A stretch of DNA of 64,000 nucleotides from Pseudomonadota bacterium (GCA_023451735.1 JAEXYH010000071.1:135497-199496), one strand, 5' to 3'. Positions 39,777 through 50,481 are shown, numbered from the stretch's first letter. Numbers and translations: made by a program. The notes: a model not told the origin generated them from the sequence alone.

Positions 39777-40432
39777 GCCTCCGCTCCCTTCACAACGATT
39801 ACGTCGACGAGCACATGCGGAGTGACGACGGCATCCGGCTCGATGCAGCCGATCGGCAAGATCTCGTCGGGTTCGGCGATGACCAGCTCGGCGGCAAGCG
39901 CCATCAGCGGGTTGAAATTGCGCGATGTCAGCGAATAGCGAAGGTTGCCGGAATAATCAGCGCTGCGGGCAGAAATTAGGGCGATGTCGGCCTTGATGGC
40001 CTCTTCAACGAGATAGGTCATGCCGTGGAGTTCGACGGTCTTCTTGCCCTCGCCAGCCGTCGTTCCTACACCCGTCGGCGTCAGCACGCCGCCAAGTCCC
40101 GAACCACCGGCACGGACCCGTTCGGCAAGCGTCCCCTGCGGAACCAGATCGACCACCAGCTCACCGGATATCATCAGCTTCTGGGTCTGTGGATTGGTGC
40201 CTATATGGCTGGCGATCACCTTCTTTACCAGACCTGCATCGATCAGCTTGCCGATGCCGACACCGGGACGGGCGGTGTCATTGGCGATCACGGTGAGGTT
40301 CTTCTTGCCCTGGCGCACCAGCTCATCGATCAGCAGTGGCGGAGTGCCTGCCCCCATGAAGCCGCCGATCATCAACACGGCGCCATCCGGGATCTGCTCC
40401 ACGGCCGCCGCAACGGTACTTACTTTTGACAT
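39773..40432 (-). CDS. 3-oxoacid (acetoacetate-type) CoA-transferase subunit A
   Basis: GGFM..GTP, SHIGTNP, PQGTLAER.RAGG.G and RNFNP motifs. Confidence 0.93.
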   Translation of the reverse strand: MSKVSTVAAAVEQIPDGAVLMIGGFMGAGTPPLLIDELVRQGKKNLTVIANDTARPGVGIGKLIDAGLVKKVIASHIGTNPQTQKLMISGELVVDLVPQGTLAERVRAGGSGLGGVLTPTGVGTTAGEGKKTVELHGMTYLVEEAIKADIALISARSADYSGNLRYSLTSRNFNPLMALAAELVIAEPDEILPIGCIEPDAVVTPHVLVDVIVVKGAEA

Positions 40433-40496
40433 GGATCTTTCCTTTCGGGGAGACTGGGCAGTCGCGGTGAAGCAGGCTGCCCAGGCCCTCAGCACT

Positions 40497-40808
40497 TTAG
40501 TTCTTGGCCGGAATGTCCATCGCAAGAAGCGCGGAGGCGAGGCATTTTCCGTGTGCGTCAAGGGCAAGCGAGCGGGTTACGCCGCCGCCGAGTGCGTCCT
40601 GCATGACGAAGTTGAGCGCGCCCAATGTCGGGATTTCGTAACGAACGACCTCGCCGTTAACGATGCCCTTGAAGTGCGCCTTGACCCGTTCAGGCGTGAC
40701 ATAGTCACGGACTTGCTCGTAATCCTTCTGGTCATAGACGATGACGGAGATATTGGAGATATTGCCCTTGTCGCCAGTGCGGGAATGGGCGATGTCGAAG
40801 AGTTTCAT
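40497..40808 (-). CDS. Small AtuA-associated protein (corresponds to the C-terminal domain of full-length AtuA)
   Basis: AHSRTGDKGN and LGGGVTRSLALDAHGK motifs. Confidence 0.85.
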   Translation of the reverse strand: MKLFDIAHSRTGDKGNISNISVIVYDQKDYEQVRDYVTPERVKAHFKGIVNGEVVRYEIPTLGALNFVMQDALGGGVTRSLALDAHGKCLASALLAMDIPAKN

Positions 40809-40811
40809 GAC

Positions 40812-42149
40812 TTAGGCCTCCAGATATTCAATGACGGGAAGGACTTCTTCGCGCGGGAACAGGGCGGAGAGCATTGCCACCACCTGCTTGGCCGACTTCG
40901 TAGCGCCACCACCGCTGGCAGGGCCATTGGTGTAGAGCGTCTCGACCTCGTTGCCGATGCGCACGGCTTCCTTCATGTTGTCGCAGCGACCGGTGACGCG
41001 AACACGCACTTCCGTCGGTTCGGGCGCTGGGGCCAAAACGTCGGCGTGGATCGAGTTGACGCCGATTAGGTCGAAGCGCAGTTCGCTTGTCCTGACGCCG
41101 GTGATCTTGAGCCGTTCCTTGACGATCTCGAGCGCCAGCTGGCCTCTTGCCACTGCACCGGGGCCCGCATAGGAAATCTGACCCTCGCCCATGTAGCCAT
41201 CGGAATAACCGACGGAGACCTTGAGCGTCTGCGGACGCTCGCGACCGGTGACACCGGTAACGCGGATGCGGTTGGGAGCAATTTCGGTGAAGGTGATCTG
41301 TGAAAAGTCGGCGGTCACATCCGGTGTCAGGTAGGTCTTGGGGTCATGAACCTCATAAAGGATCTGTTCCTTGCAGGTATGCTCGGTAACCTTGCCGCCC
41401 GAACCTTCGACCTTGGTGATGACGATCGCACCGTCTTCGGACACTTCGGCAATCGGGAAGCCGAGCCGGGCGAGGTCGGCAACATCCTTCTTGCCGGGTT
41501 CGGCATAATAACCGCCGGTGACTTGGCCGCCGCATTCCAGCAGGTGGCCGACCGCCGTGCCCTTGCCGATCTTGTCCCAATCGTCCTGCGACCAGCCGAA
41601 TTCATGGATCTGCGGAGCCAGGAACATGGACGGATCGGCCACACGACCGGTGATGATGACGTCGGCACCATTGGCGAGAGCCTCGACCATCGGGGCCGCG
41701 CCCACATAGGCGTTGGCGGATACCAGCACGTCAGCCATGCTGGAAGCCAAGGCGCCGGTTTCAAGAATTCTGGTGTCGCTGACCTTCAGGGCCTCGACAA
41801 CATCATCGCCGGAGATTGCTGCGATCTTGAGTTTGCCTAGACCCAGGCGGGTAGCAATCTCACGAACCTTGGCGGCGCCGGCCTGCGGATTGGCTGCGCC
41901 CATGTTGGTGATGATCTTGATGCCGTTCTTCTGGCAGATCGGCAGAACCGCTTCGAAGCGTTCGATCAGCAGCGGATCATAACCCTTGGTCGGATCGTTC
42001 AGTTTGGCGTTTTGAGCGATCGCGATAGTGCGCTCTGCCAGGCATTCGAAAACGAGGTAGTTGATATTGCCTTTTTCGGCGAGTTCTACCGCCGGCTCGA
42101 TGCGATCGCCGGAATATCCGGCTCCAGATCCGATGCGAATAGTGCGCAT
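40812..42149 (-). CDS. Acyclic terpene utilization AtuA family protein (DUF1446)
   Basis: GAGYSGDR, ECLAERT, ITGRVAD, GHLLECG.QVTGG, EQILYE and NGPASGGG motifs. Confidence 0.9.
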   Translation of the reverse strand: MRTIRIGSGAGYSGDRIEPAVELAEKGNINYLVFECLAERTIAIAQNAKLNDPTKGYDPLLIERFEAVLPICQKNGIKIITNMGAANPQAGAAKVREIATRLGLGKLKIAAISGDDVVEALKVSDTRILETGALASSMADVLVSANAYVGAAPMVEALANGADVIITGRVADPSMFLAPQIHEFGWSQDDWDKIGKGTAVGHLLECGGQVTGGYYAEPGKKDVADLARLGFPIAEVSEDGAIVITKVEGSGGKVTEHTCKEQILYEVHDPKTYLTPDVTADFSQITFTEIAPNRIRVTGVTGRERPQTLKVSVGYSDGYMGEGQISYAGPGAVARGQLALEIVKERLKITGVRTSELRFDLIGVNSIHADVLAPAPEPTEVRVRVTGRCDNMKEAVRIGNEVETLYTNGPASGGGATKSAKQVVAMLSALFPREEVLPVIEYLEA

Positions 42150-42186
42150 AATTATAACTCCTTATTTCAAATCAGGCGGGCGCGGC

Positions 42187-43515
42187 TCATCCGAACGGGG
42201 ATGGGATAACACCCAGGATCACCGCGGTAATGGTCATCAGGACCGTGGCAGCGAAGAGGAATGGAATTGCCAATTTCTGATGTTCGCCGAGGCTGACGCC
42301 GGTAAGGCCCATGATCAGGAAGGTGGCAGGGGTTAGCGGGCTGACGGGGAAGCCGGTCGTCATCTGGCCAAGGATCGAGGCCTGGGCAACATGGATCGGG
42401 TCACCACCGAAGCTGTGATAGACGTTTGCCAGAACCGGCATGACGCCGAAGTAGTAGGAGTCGGGGTCAAACAGCAGGCTGAGTGGCATCGACAGAATAC
42501 CGGTGATGAAAGGAATAGCTTGCGCATGATCTGCCGGGACGTAAGTTGCGCCGGCTGCAGCCATAGCCTTGATCATGCCCGTTCCGCCCATGATGCCGGT
42601 GAAGGCGCCTGCAGCGAAAAGGATGGAGGCCATCATCAGCGCCGCCTTGGCATGCGCGTCGACGCGAGCCTTCTGGTCCTTGACCTGCGGATAGTTGATC
42701 ATCAGCGCAAGCACGGTGCCGATCATGAACATTGGAGCGGCGTCAACATAACCCGAGATCATCGTGCCGAGGATCGCAAGCGCCAGTAGGATATTAACCC
42801 AGAAGAGGTGAGGACGACGGATTTCCTTCTCGGTCTCGGTCAGTTCACGCTTGTAGGCGCCTTCCGAACTTTTGCCTGCTGCGGCAACCGTGGCGCTAGC
42901 ACCAAGGCCGAGGCGACGTTCTTCGCGCTTACCCATGTACCAGGCAGTAGCGAAGACAAAGATCAGGCCAACGATCTGCACGACGAAGAGCGGCGTGAAG
43001 ATTGATGACACCGGTACGTTCAGGGCAGCTGAAGCGCGCAGAACCGGGCCTGTCCAGGGCAGGAAGTTGACACCTGCGGCCATGGCGACGACGAGTGCCA
43101 GAACACGGCGCTGCATGCCGAGCCGGTCATAGAGAGGCAGCATGGCCGGAATGGTGACAAGGAACGTGACGGCACCGGAACCATCCAGGTGGATGATCAG
43201 TGCCAGCAGGGCGGAACCGACGACGATACGGGTCGGCTTCAGTCCGACGGCCTTCAGAATTCGGTCGATGATCGGGTCCATCATGCCGGCGTCGGTCAAT
43301 ACGCCGAAGAAAACGATGGCAAAGACGAACATCGCTGCTGTCGGCGCGATATTCTTGACGCCGCTGACAATGAATGTCGCGGTTTCCGCCCCAAACCCAC
43401 CGATCAGCGATGCGATGATCGGGATCACTATGAGGGCAACCAGCGGTGAAAGTTTGTTTGTCAATATCACTATTAACAATACAAGTATCGTAATTAGACC
43501 AAGAACAGCTAGCAT
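42187..43515 (-). CDS. CitMHS-family citrate/tricarboxylate:H+ symporter
   Basis: [17 protein letters not shown] and DSYYFGVMP motifs, multi-TM. Confidence 0.9.
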   Translation of the reverse strand: MLAVLGLITILVLLIVILTNKLSPLVALIVIPIIASLIGGFGAETATFIVSGVKNIAPTAAMFVFAIVFFGVLTDAGMMDPIIDRILKAVGLKPTRIVVGSALLALIIHLDGSGAVTFLVTIPAMLPLYDRLGMQRRVLALVVAMAAGVNFLPWTGPVLRASAALNVPVSSIFTPLFVVQIVGLIFVFATAWYMGKREERRLGLGASATVAAAGKSSEGAYKRELTETEKEIRRPHLFWVNILLALAILGTMISGYVDAAPMFMIGTVLALMINYPQVKDQKARVDAHAKAALMMASILFAAGAFTGIMGGTGMIKAMAAAGATYVPADHAQAIPFITGILSMPLSLLFDPDSYYFGVMPVLANVYHSFGGDPIHVAQASILGQMTTGFPVSPLTPATFLIMGLTGVSLGEHQKLAIPFLFAATVLMTITAVILGVIPSPFG

Positions 43516-44105
43516 AATTTGCTCTCTCCCTAAGTAAATTTCCGATTTTGGAAATTTACTTTTGATTTTCAAATATTATTTCTGAAGCGTTTCCTTTTTT
43601 TATTTTGATATGCTCGTTAAATCTAAGGCAATCTCGAAAATATGCTGCCCAAAACCGATATAACTTTGCTTTCAATTGAAGGGAGCGCCTGAAGAAATTT
43701 GTGGCAGAGATATGACGTTTAAAAAAATGAATTTATCGGATCACTGTAATCAGCAAATATAATGACCGGTGAGAGGCCGTGAAAACATCATATTTTCAAA
43801 TGGTTGTCGGCGTCATTGATATGGATGCTGACAGTTTTCCGCCCAAATATTGACGTTTTGTCGCACATTTTCGCTCGCCGCCCTGGAGTCACAGCCCTGT
43901 TTCCCATGTGTAGATGCGTGATCTTTAGACTGAGCTTGAGCGCTCAAGCTCGGGCCATGAGAAAATCGGCCTACAACCGAATATCAAATTTGGGTGGAAT
44001 CTGCGGCGGAGTGTACTGTTGAGGAAGCCACGAGAGGGAGATGTGGACTGGGGTGGATTAGAGCGTTCGAGAGAAGCTCCGACAGGTCCGTTATGGAGAA
44101 ACGCG

Positions 44106-44850
44106 ATGGCTCCGGCTGGCCAGAAAATCCCTCTCAGCTCGACCAGGGATATTCCAACAAATTGGTGCTCTGCCGGCAGAAGGCCCGCAAAGTCAAAGCG
44201 GGCATCTCGATCGAGGATTGTCAGCAGGTATTGCTCACCGCAGCCTTCTCACCAGCCTCAACGGTCGGTCGAACTCGACTCGGAAGGCAACGAAACCGCC
44301 ATTTACCGCACCCCGGCCGGGTGGCGCCGGTATCGGGCTCTGGAGCGCCTGATGGCGCAAAAGCGGCTCGCCAAAGGCGCTGACGTTTCGTGCATCGTCA
44401 GCAGAGGCGAAACACTCGAAATCAAGGACCCGCTCACCGAAAAATGTTCAGCGCGTAAGCTTGCGTCCACTCGACCAGTTTCGAGCCTTCCAGATCCTGC
44501 GCAAGCAAGGTCTGGTTGAAGAAGAGGTCGAAGCCGGTTCTTCGCGCCGAGTACGAAAGGCTTGCTGCGGATTATGCCAGGGCACGCGAATACTCCGAGG
44601 AGACGGAGCAGAAGCTCGAAGAACTGGGTAAGGACTTCGATCGGCTCAACGACCGGCGCTTACGTGTCCGAGGTGCAAGAAATCGCCCGCGGTGGTGTCT
44701 CGTCTCGCTGGGTGCCGATGGACCATTCAAGATCGAGTGCCGTTTCGTGAGACCGGAGGATGAGCCAAGAGCTGGGATCGATCCATTGGATGGTGACGGT
44801 GATAACGCGGATAGTGAAAGCAAACGTTCTGCCCTCGTCTGAGGCAAGCT
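44106..44850 (+). pseudogene. Decayed ParB/RepB/Spo0J-family gene from a conjugative element
   Basis: Fragments in different frames: QKIPLSSTRDIP, NKLVL...KVKAGISIED, AG.RRYRALERL..QKRLAK, RPLDQFRAFQILRKQG, LRAEYERL...FVRPEDEP. Confidence 0.8.
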
Positions 44851-45192
44851 TTTGCGACACCGCTCAAACGACCACGAGACGGTCACGCCGCTTTCGGAAA
44901 TGCGCCGAGCTTGCGGTGATCATCGTCGAACAGGACGGCTTGGTCTCGGCCGAGCTCTTTTCGAGAGGAGGCTTTTGCCGTCCAGTTTTGTCCGACCCGT
45001 CGACTCGACCGACGGGTCGGCGCTAAGCTTTGCTCCGCAAGGGTAAGCTGAAGACCTCAGACTTGAGGTTCCTGAAGTCTCGGTCGGTATCTACGACCGC
45101 GCTTTTGACGCAGAATATCGAGAAACAGCGACACGGCTTCCTGTTTATCCTGATTGTGAAAACCGCTTGCAAACGATCGATGCATCGCTAAC

Positions 45193-45208
45193 ATACCGAT
45201 ATATCGGT
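45193..45208. promoter_or_regulatory. Putative GntR operator, copy 1
   Basis: ATACCGATATATCGGT, containing the perfect palindrome ACCGATATATCGGT and overlapping a candidate TTGCAA...TAACAT promoter. Confidence 0.7.
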
Positions 45209-45243
45209 CAGTAAGTTCGATGCAGGACTAAGGGAGTTTATCT

Positions 45244-45981
45244 TTGACGACCAGCCCCTACATGCTTTTGACAGGCGCCAGCCGAGGCATTGGCCATGCG
45301 ACCGTCAAACTGTTCATGGAGCACGGCTGGCGTATTCTGACGGTTTCTCGTCAGCCTTTTTCCGAGGAATGCCGTTGGCCCTCTGCCCGCGAGAGCCATA
45401 TCCAGGCCGATCTCGCCGATCTCTCAAGCATTGATGTGCTTGTTGCAACGGTGCGCGAACGTTTGCCTCACGGCAAACTGGCCGCGCTGGTAAACAACGC
45501 TGGAATTTCCCCGAAAGGACGGGGTGGAAGCCGTCTGGGCGTCGCGGAAACGGATGCCGAAACCTGGATGAAGGTGCTGAATGTCAACCTTGTCTCCACG
45601 GCCCTTCTGGCGCGGACACTTTTACCCGAACTCGAGGCTGCACAGGGATCGATCGTCAATGTCACCTCGATTGCCGGCTCCCGCGTGCACCCGTTTGCCG
45701 GTGTCGCCTATGCGGCTTCGAAGGCTGGACTTGCTGCGTTGACCCGCGAATTGGCGCATGAATTCGGCCCGCGTGGTATTCGCGCCAATGCGATTGCGCC
45801 GGGCGAAATCGCGACCTCGATCCTGTCGCCAGGCACCGACGAACTGGTCAAGGCCGAAGTGCCGCTGGGTCGGCTCGGCACGACCGCCGAGGTTGCCAAG
45901 ACCATCTATTTTCTCTGCACCGAACAGTCGTCCTACATCAACGGTGCAGAAATCCACATCAATGGCGGACAACATGTCTGA
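45244..45981 (+). CDS. Short-chain dehydrogenase/reductase
   Basis: TGASRGIG, NNAG, YAASK and NAIAPG motifs. TTG start with AGGGAG RBS. Confidence 0.9.
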   Translation: MTTSPYMLLTGASRGIGHATVKLFMEHGWRILTVSRQPFSEECRWPSARESHIQADLADLSSIDVLVATVRERLPHGKLAALVNNAGISPKGRGGSRLGVAETDAETWMKVLNVNLVSTALLARTLLPELEAAQGSIVNVTSIAGSRVHPFAGVAYAASKAGLAALTRELAHEFGPRGIRANAIAPGEIATSILSPGTDELVKAEVPLGRLGTTAEVAKTIYFLCTEQSSYINGAEIHINGGQHV

Positions 45982-46097
45982 CCCTGTCATCTAAGGATAG
46001 ACGCAGGCCAACTGCGCACCCTGCTGGAGGAAACGAAAGGATCCGTATCAACGTCCAAGGCCCAGGATAACAGTCCGGGCCCAATCAGGGGAACGAA

Positions 46098-47150
46098 ATG
46101 AAAAATATCTTCAAGACTGCAGCCTTCGGCATGTTCGCGCTTGCCTCAACGGCACTTGTCGCGGGGCAGGCAAATGCACGTGACCTGACGATCGTCGGCT
46201 GGGGTGGCGTGGCGCAGGCGGCGCAGAGCGACGTCTATTTCAAGCCCTTCTCGCAAAAATCCGGCAAGCCGTTTCTGGAAGAAAGCTGGGATGGCGGTTA
46301 CGGCGTCTTGCAGGCCAAGATGAAGGCCGGCGCTCCGAACTGGGACGTCGTGCAGGTCGAGGCCGAAGAACTGGCGCTCGGTTGCGCCGATGGCCTTTAT
46401 GAAAAGCTCGACTGGGACAAGATCGGCGTGAAGGACGAGTTCCTGCCGGAAGCCGTCAACGAGTGCGGCGCTGGCGTCTATTACTGGTCGCTGGCGATGG
46501 GATATGACGGCGACAAGCTCAAGGACGGCCCGAAGAACTGGGTCGATTTCTGGGACACGACGAAGTTTCCGGGCAAGCGCTCGCTGCGCAAGGGCGCCAA
46601 GTACAATCTCGAATTCGCGCTTCTGGCCGATGGCGTGAAGCCGGCCGAACTTTATGACGTCCTGTCGACCGATGAAGGCGTCGACCGGGCCTTCAAGAAG
46701 CTCGACGAGTTGAAGCCGAATATCGTCTGGTGGGAAGCTGGCGCGCAGCCGGTGCAGTATCTCGCATCCGGCGAAGTGTCCATCGCTGCGGTCTATAACG
46801 GCCGCGTCACCGGTATCAACAAGGCGGAAGGCAAGAACTTCAAGCTGGTCTGGCCGGAAAGCATGTATGCGATCGACAGCTGGGTTATCCTCAAGGGCGC
46901 CGAGAACAAGGATGCGGCACTCGATTTCATCGCATTCGCGAGCCAGGCCGAGAACCAGGCGAAGCTGCCGCTGAAGGTGGATTACGGCATGCCGAACAAG
47001 AAGGCTGCGGCGACCATCCCGCCGGAAATCGACGCGAACCTGCCGACCAACCCGGAAAACCTGAAAGAGGCGATCCCGCTCAATGTCGATTTCTGGATCG
47101 ACAATTCCGAAGCGCTGACGGCACGCTTCAACGCATGGCTGGCGCAGTAA
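46098..47150 (+). CDS. PotD/PotF-like ABC substrate-binding protein
   Basis: Signal peptide, WGG, WDVV, DFWD..KFPGKR and LLADGV motifs. Confidence 0.9.
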   Translation: MKNIFKTAAFGMFALASTALVAGQANARDLTIVGWGGVAQAAQSDVYFKPFSQKSGKPFLEESWDGGYGVLQAKMKAGAPNWDVVQVEAEELALGCADGLYEKLDWDKIGVKDEFLPEAVNECGAGVYYWSLAMGYDGDKLKDGPKNWVDFWDTTKFPGKRSLRKGAKYNLEFALLADGVKPAELYDVLSTDEGVDRAFKKLDELKPNIVWWEAGAQPVQYLASGEVSIAAVYNGRVTGINKAEGKNFKLVWPESMYAIDSWVILKGAENKDAALDFIAFASQAENQAKLPLKVDYGMPNKKAAATIPPEIDANLPTNPENLKEAIPLNVDFWIDNSEALTARFNAWLAQ

Positions 47151-47287
47151 TCAAGCCATTTCCCGACGATCGGGAGGCTGCAGACATGCGGCCTCCCTCC
47201 TTAGCCGACATAACGGATGGATACGGCCCGCCAGATGAGCGCGACCGATCGGCTAACCGTATCCAGCGACTGAAAAAGGGGAATGGC

Positions 47288-48373
47288 GTGGCCGAATTCC
47301 GCATACGCTTCGATGGCGTCAGCAAATATTACGGACAGCAATGCGTAGTCGACAAGTTGAGGCTGGATATCGAGAAGGGCGAGTTCGTCAGCCTTCTCGG
47401 GCCATCGGGATCGGGCAAGACCACGCTTCTGATGATGCTGGCCGGCTTCGAGACCGCAACCGAAGGCCAGATCCTCGTCGACGGCTACAAGGTCAATGAC
47501 CTTCCGTCGCACAAGCGCGACATGGGTGTCGTGTTTCAGAACTACGCGCTCTTCCCGCACATGACCGTCGGCGCCAATGTCGCCTTTCCGCTGCAGATGC
47601 GGGGGATTTCCAGGGCTGAAATCGCGAACCGTGTAAAGACGGCACTCGACATGGTGCAGCTCGGCGCATTGTCGGAACGCAAGCCGTCGCAGCTTTCCGG
47701 CGGCCAGCAGCAGCGCGTGGCGCTTGCCCGTGCACTCGTTTTCGAGCCGCGCGTGGTGCTTATGGACGAGCCGCTCGGTGCACTCGACAAGAACCTGCGC
47801 GAACAGATGCAGCTCGATATCCGCGCGCTGCATCAGCGGCTCGGGCTGACGATCGTGTTCGTCACCCATGATCAGGGCGAGGCGCTGACGATGTCGGACC
47901 GGATTGCCGTGTTCAACAAGGGCAAGATCGAGCAGATCGGCACGCCGCGTCAGGTCTATGACGAGCCGGCGACACGTTTCGTGGCTGAATTCATCGGCGA
48001 GACAAATTTGATAGACGGTACGGTGGAGTCGGTTGAGCCGGCATCCGCCGTGATCCGCCTGAACAGTGATGATGTGGTGCGTGTTGCCGGCTCCGGTGGC
48101 TTGGCGGTAGGACAGGGTGTCTCGATGTCGCTTCGCCCGGAACGGCTTTCGCTGACGGACGGCCTGAGCAACAATGTAGGCCTGCCGGACAATGCCATTT
48201 CCGCCACCGTGACGGACTGTGTCTATCAGGGTGACCATCTGCGCGTGCAGCTCGCTGGTCCCGCGGACGCATCTTATGTCGTGCGTCTCGACCGCAGGTC
48301 GCCGGAGCCGCAGCGCGGCGCTCAGGTCACGGCGTTTTTCAGCCCCGAGGATTGCAAGGTGATTGCATCATGA
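47288..48373 (+). CDS. PotA-like ABC ATP-binding protein
   Basis: GPSGSGKTT, FQNYALFPHM and LSGGQQQR motifs plus TOBE tail. Start placed at GTG 47288. Confidence 0.9.
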   Translation: MAEFRIRFDGVSKYYGQQCVVDKLRLDIEKGEFVSLLGPSGSGKTTLLMMLAGFETATEGQILVDGYKVNDLPSHKRDMGVVFQNYALFPHMTVGANVAFPLQMRGISRAEIANRVKTALDMVQLGALSERKPSQLSGGQQQRVALARALVFEPRVVLMDEPLGALDKNLREQMQLDIRALHQRLGLTIVFVTHDQGEALTMSDRIAVFNKGKIEQIGTPRQVYDEPATRFVAEFIGETNLIDGTVESVEPASAVIRLNSDDVVRVAGSGGLAVGQGVSMSLRPERLSLTDGLSNNVGLPDNAISATVTDCVYQGDHLRVQLAGPADASYVVRLDRRSPEPQRGAQVTAFFSPEDCKVIAS

Positions 48374-49551
48374 GCGGCAAGAGCTTTCTGCAGAAAAGCG
48401 GGCCGTTTCTTCTGGTTGCTCCGCTTTTCCTGTTCATCTGCCTGTTCTTCATATGGCCGCTCGGCTCCGTGCTGACGCAATCGGTTTCGGACAATGCGGT
48501 AGCGCGGCTTCTGCCGGAGACCGCCAAGGTCGCCTCTTCCTGGGATGGGGAAAGCGCGCCGGGTGCAGACCTGCAGGCGGCATTCGTCACCGATCTGCGC
48601 GCCGCAACCGACGAACAGGCCGTCGGAGACATGGTGCGCCGGTTGAACAGCGCCCAATCCGGCTTCCGGACGCTGATGAGCAAGACGCTCAGGGCCGTGC
48701 AGGAGGCCCCGGAGGGAACGATCGACCTTGTGGCGCTGGACAGGAAATGGAGCCAGCCGCAATACTGGAAGGCGATTACTGACGCCCTATCTCCGACGAC
48801 CGATCGCTATCTTCTCGCGGCCGTCGACCTGATGCGAAACGATGCCGGCGAAATCGTCTCGCAGCCGCCCGAGCAGACGATCAACGTGGCGATCTTCGGG
48901 CGGACATTCTGGATTTCCGCGACAGTCACGATCTTCTGCGTGCTGCTTGGCTACCCCTATGCGCTGTTGATCACGGTTGCGACCGGCTGGAAAAAGCAGG
49001 CGCTGCTGGCAGCCGTGCTCTTGCCGCTCTGGACCTCGCTTCTGGTGCGCACCGCCGCATGGTTCATTTTGCTGCAGGAACAGGGGCTGATCAATTCGGC
49101 CCTGATGGATCTCAACATCATTGCCGACCCGCTGGCGCTGATCTTCAACCGCACGGGGGTGATCATCGCCATGACGCATGTGTCTTTGCCGATGATGGTG
49201 CTGCCGATCTACAGCGTGCTCCTGACCATTCCGAAAAACCTGATGCCGGCGGCGGCCTCGCTCGGGGCGCATCCGCTCAGAGCCTTCGTTCGGGTGCTGC
49301 TGCCGCTCAGCTTCGGCGGCATTGCCGCCGGCTCGCTGCTCGTCTTCATGTCGGCAATCGGATATTACATCACGCCGGCGCTGATCGGCGGGGCAGGGGA
49401 CCAGATGATCAGTTCCTTCATCGCCTTCCATGCCCAGAACTCGGGCAACTGGGGCATGGCGAGCGCGCTCGGCATCGTGCTGCTTGTCGTCACCATCATC
49501 CTCTATGCCGTCTATGACCGGCTCGCCACACAGCGGGAAAGGAGCGCCTGA
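48370..49551 (+). CDS. PotB-like ABC permease with extended periplasmic loop
   Basis: PLWTSLLVRT.AW, AASLGA and GYYITPALIGG motifs. Confidence 0.9.
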   Translation: MSGKSFLQKSGPFLLVAPLFLFICLFFIWPLGSVLTQSVSDNAVARLLPETAKVASSWDGESAPGADLQAAFVTDLRAATDEQAVGDMVRRLNSAQSGFRTLMSKTLRAVQEAPEGTIDLVALDRKWSQPQYWKAITDALSPTTDRYLLAAVDLMRNDAGEIVSQPPEQTINVAIFGRTFWISATVTIFCVLLGYPYALLITVATGWKKQALLAAVLLPLWTSLLVRTAAWFILLQEQGLINSALMDLNIIADPLALIFNRTGVIIAMTHVSLPMMVLPIYSVLLTIPKNLMPAAASLGAHPLRAFVRVLLPLSFGGIAAGSLLVFMSAIGYYITPALIGGAGDQMISSFIAFHAQNSGNWGMASALGIVLLVVTIILYAVYDRLATQRERSA

Positions 49552-50324
49552 TGCCGGCCAAAACACTGCAATGGCTCTTCGGAGCGCTGATGGCTGCATT
49601 CCTGATCGTTCCGCTTCTGGTCATGATGCCGCTTGCCTTCACCTCAAGCCTGCTTCTCGTCTATCCGATACCGTCATTCTCGTTTCGCTGGTTCGTCGAG
49701 CTGTTCACCGCACCGGCCTGGCAAAGGGCGATCGTCAACAGCCTGATCATCGGCTTCGGAACCACGGTGCTGGCGACGGTTCTCGGCGTGCTGGCGGCGC
49801 TCGGCCTGCGGCGGCGCCTGCCGATGATCCGCACGCTGTTCATGCTGCCGATGGTGGTGCCCGCGGTGGTGCTCGGCATCGGCATGCAGATCCTGCTGGC
49901 GCGTATCGGGCTTGCCAATACGCATCTGGCGGTCATCATCGCGCATACGGTCGTGGCGGTGCCCTTCGTCATCGTCAGCGTTTCCGGATCTCTGGCTGGC
50001 ATAGACAGGCGGGTGGAGCTCGCGGCGGCAAGTCTTGGCGCTTCTCCGCAAAGAGTATTCGGCAAGGTTACGCTGCCGCTTGCCATGCCCGGCATCCTGA
50101 CCGGTGCGGTTCTGGCATTTGCGACGTCGCTGGACGAGGTGGTGCTGACGCTGTTCGTCGCCGGGCCGAACCAGAGAACGCTGGCGCGCCAGATGTTTTC
50201 CACCATTCGTGACAATATCAGCCCGGCGATCGCGGCGGCGGCCTTCCTGTTCATCTTCGGCACACTGCTGCTTGCTGCCGTGGTGTTGATCGTCCGACGG
50301 AAAAAGGAGGTGGCTGCGATCTAG
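49551..50324 (+). CDS. PotC-like ABC permease
   Basis: ELAAASLGA and AFATSLDEVV motifs. Confidence 0.9.
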   Translation: MPAKTLQWLFGALMAAFLIVPLLVMMPLAFTSSLLLVYPIPSFSFRWFVELFTAPAWQRAIVNSLIIGFGTTVLATVLGVLAALGLRRRLPMIRTLFMLPMVVPAVVLGIGMQILLARIGLANTHLAVIIAHTVVAVPFVIVSVSGSLAGIDRRVELAAASLGASPQRVFGKVTLPLAMPGILTGAVLAFATSLDEVVLTLFVAGPNQRTLARQMFSTIRDNISPAIAAAAFLFIFGTLLLAAVVLIVRRKKEVAAI

Positions 50325-50467
50325 CGCCGCAGCCACGTTGTCGGATCTCCGCCAAACCTTCCTGTTGTTCCTTCTCGTAGGTGCCGAACACCCGCGGGAC
50401 AGCGCTTTACTTGCAAAATCTCAGGATATTCCTTGCAAACGACGAAGAAGAGGCTAGGGAGGAGCCG

Positions 50468-50481
50468 CGATATATCGGTAT
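50468..50481. promoter_or_regulatory. Putative GntR operator, copy 2 (possible autoregulation)
   Basis: CGATATATCGGTAT about 40 nt upstream of the gntR start. Confidence 0.65.

Noticed and set aside
45053..45070. ACCTCAG-ACTTGAGGT palindrome resembling a SoxR/MerR operator
   Set aside because: The spacing does not match the SoxR site and no MerR-family gene or suitable promoter is adjacent.
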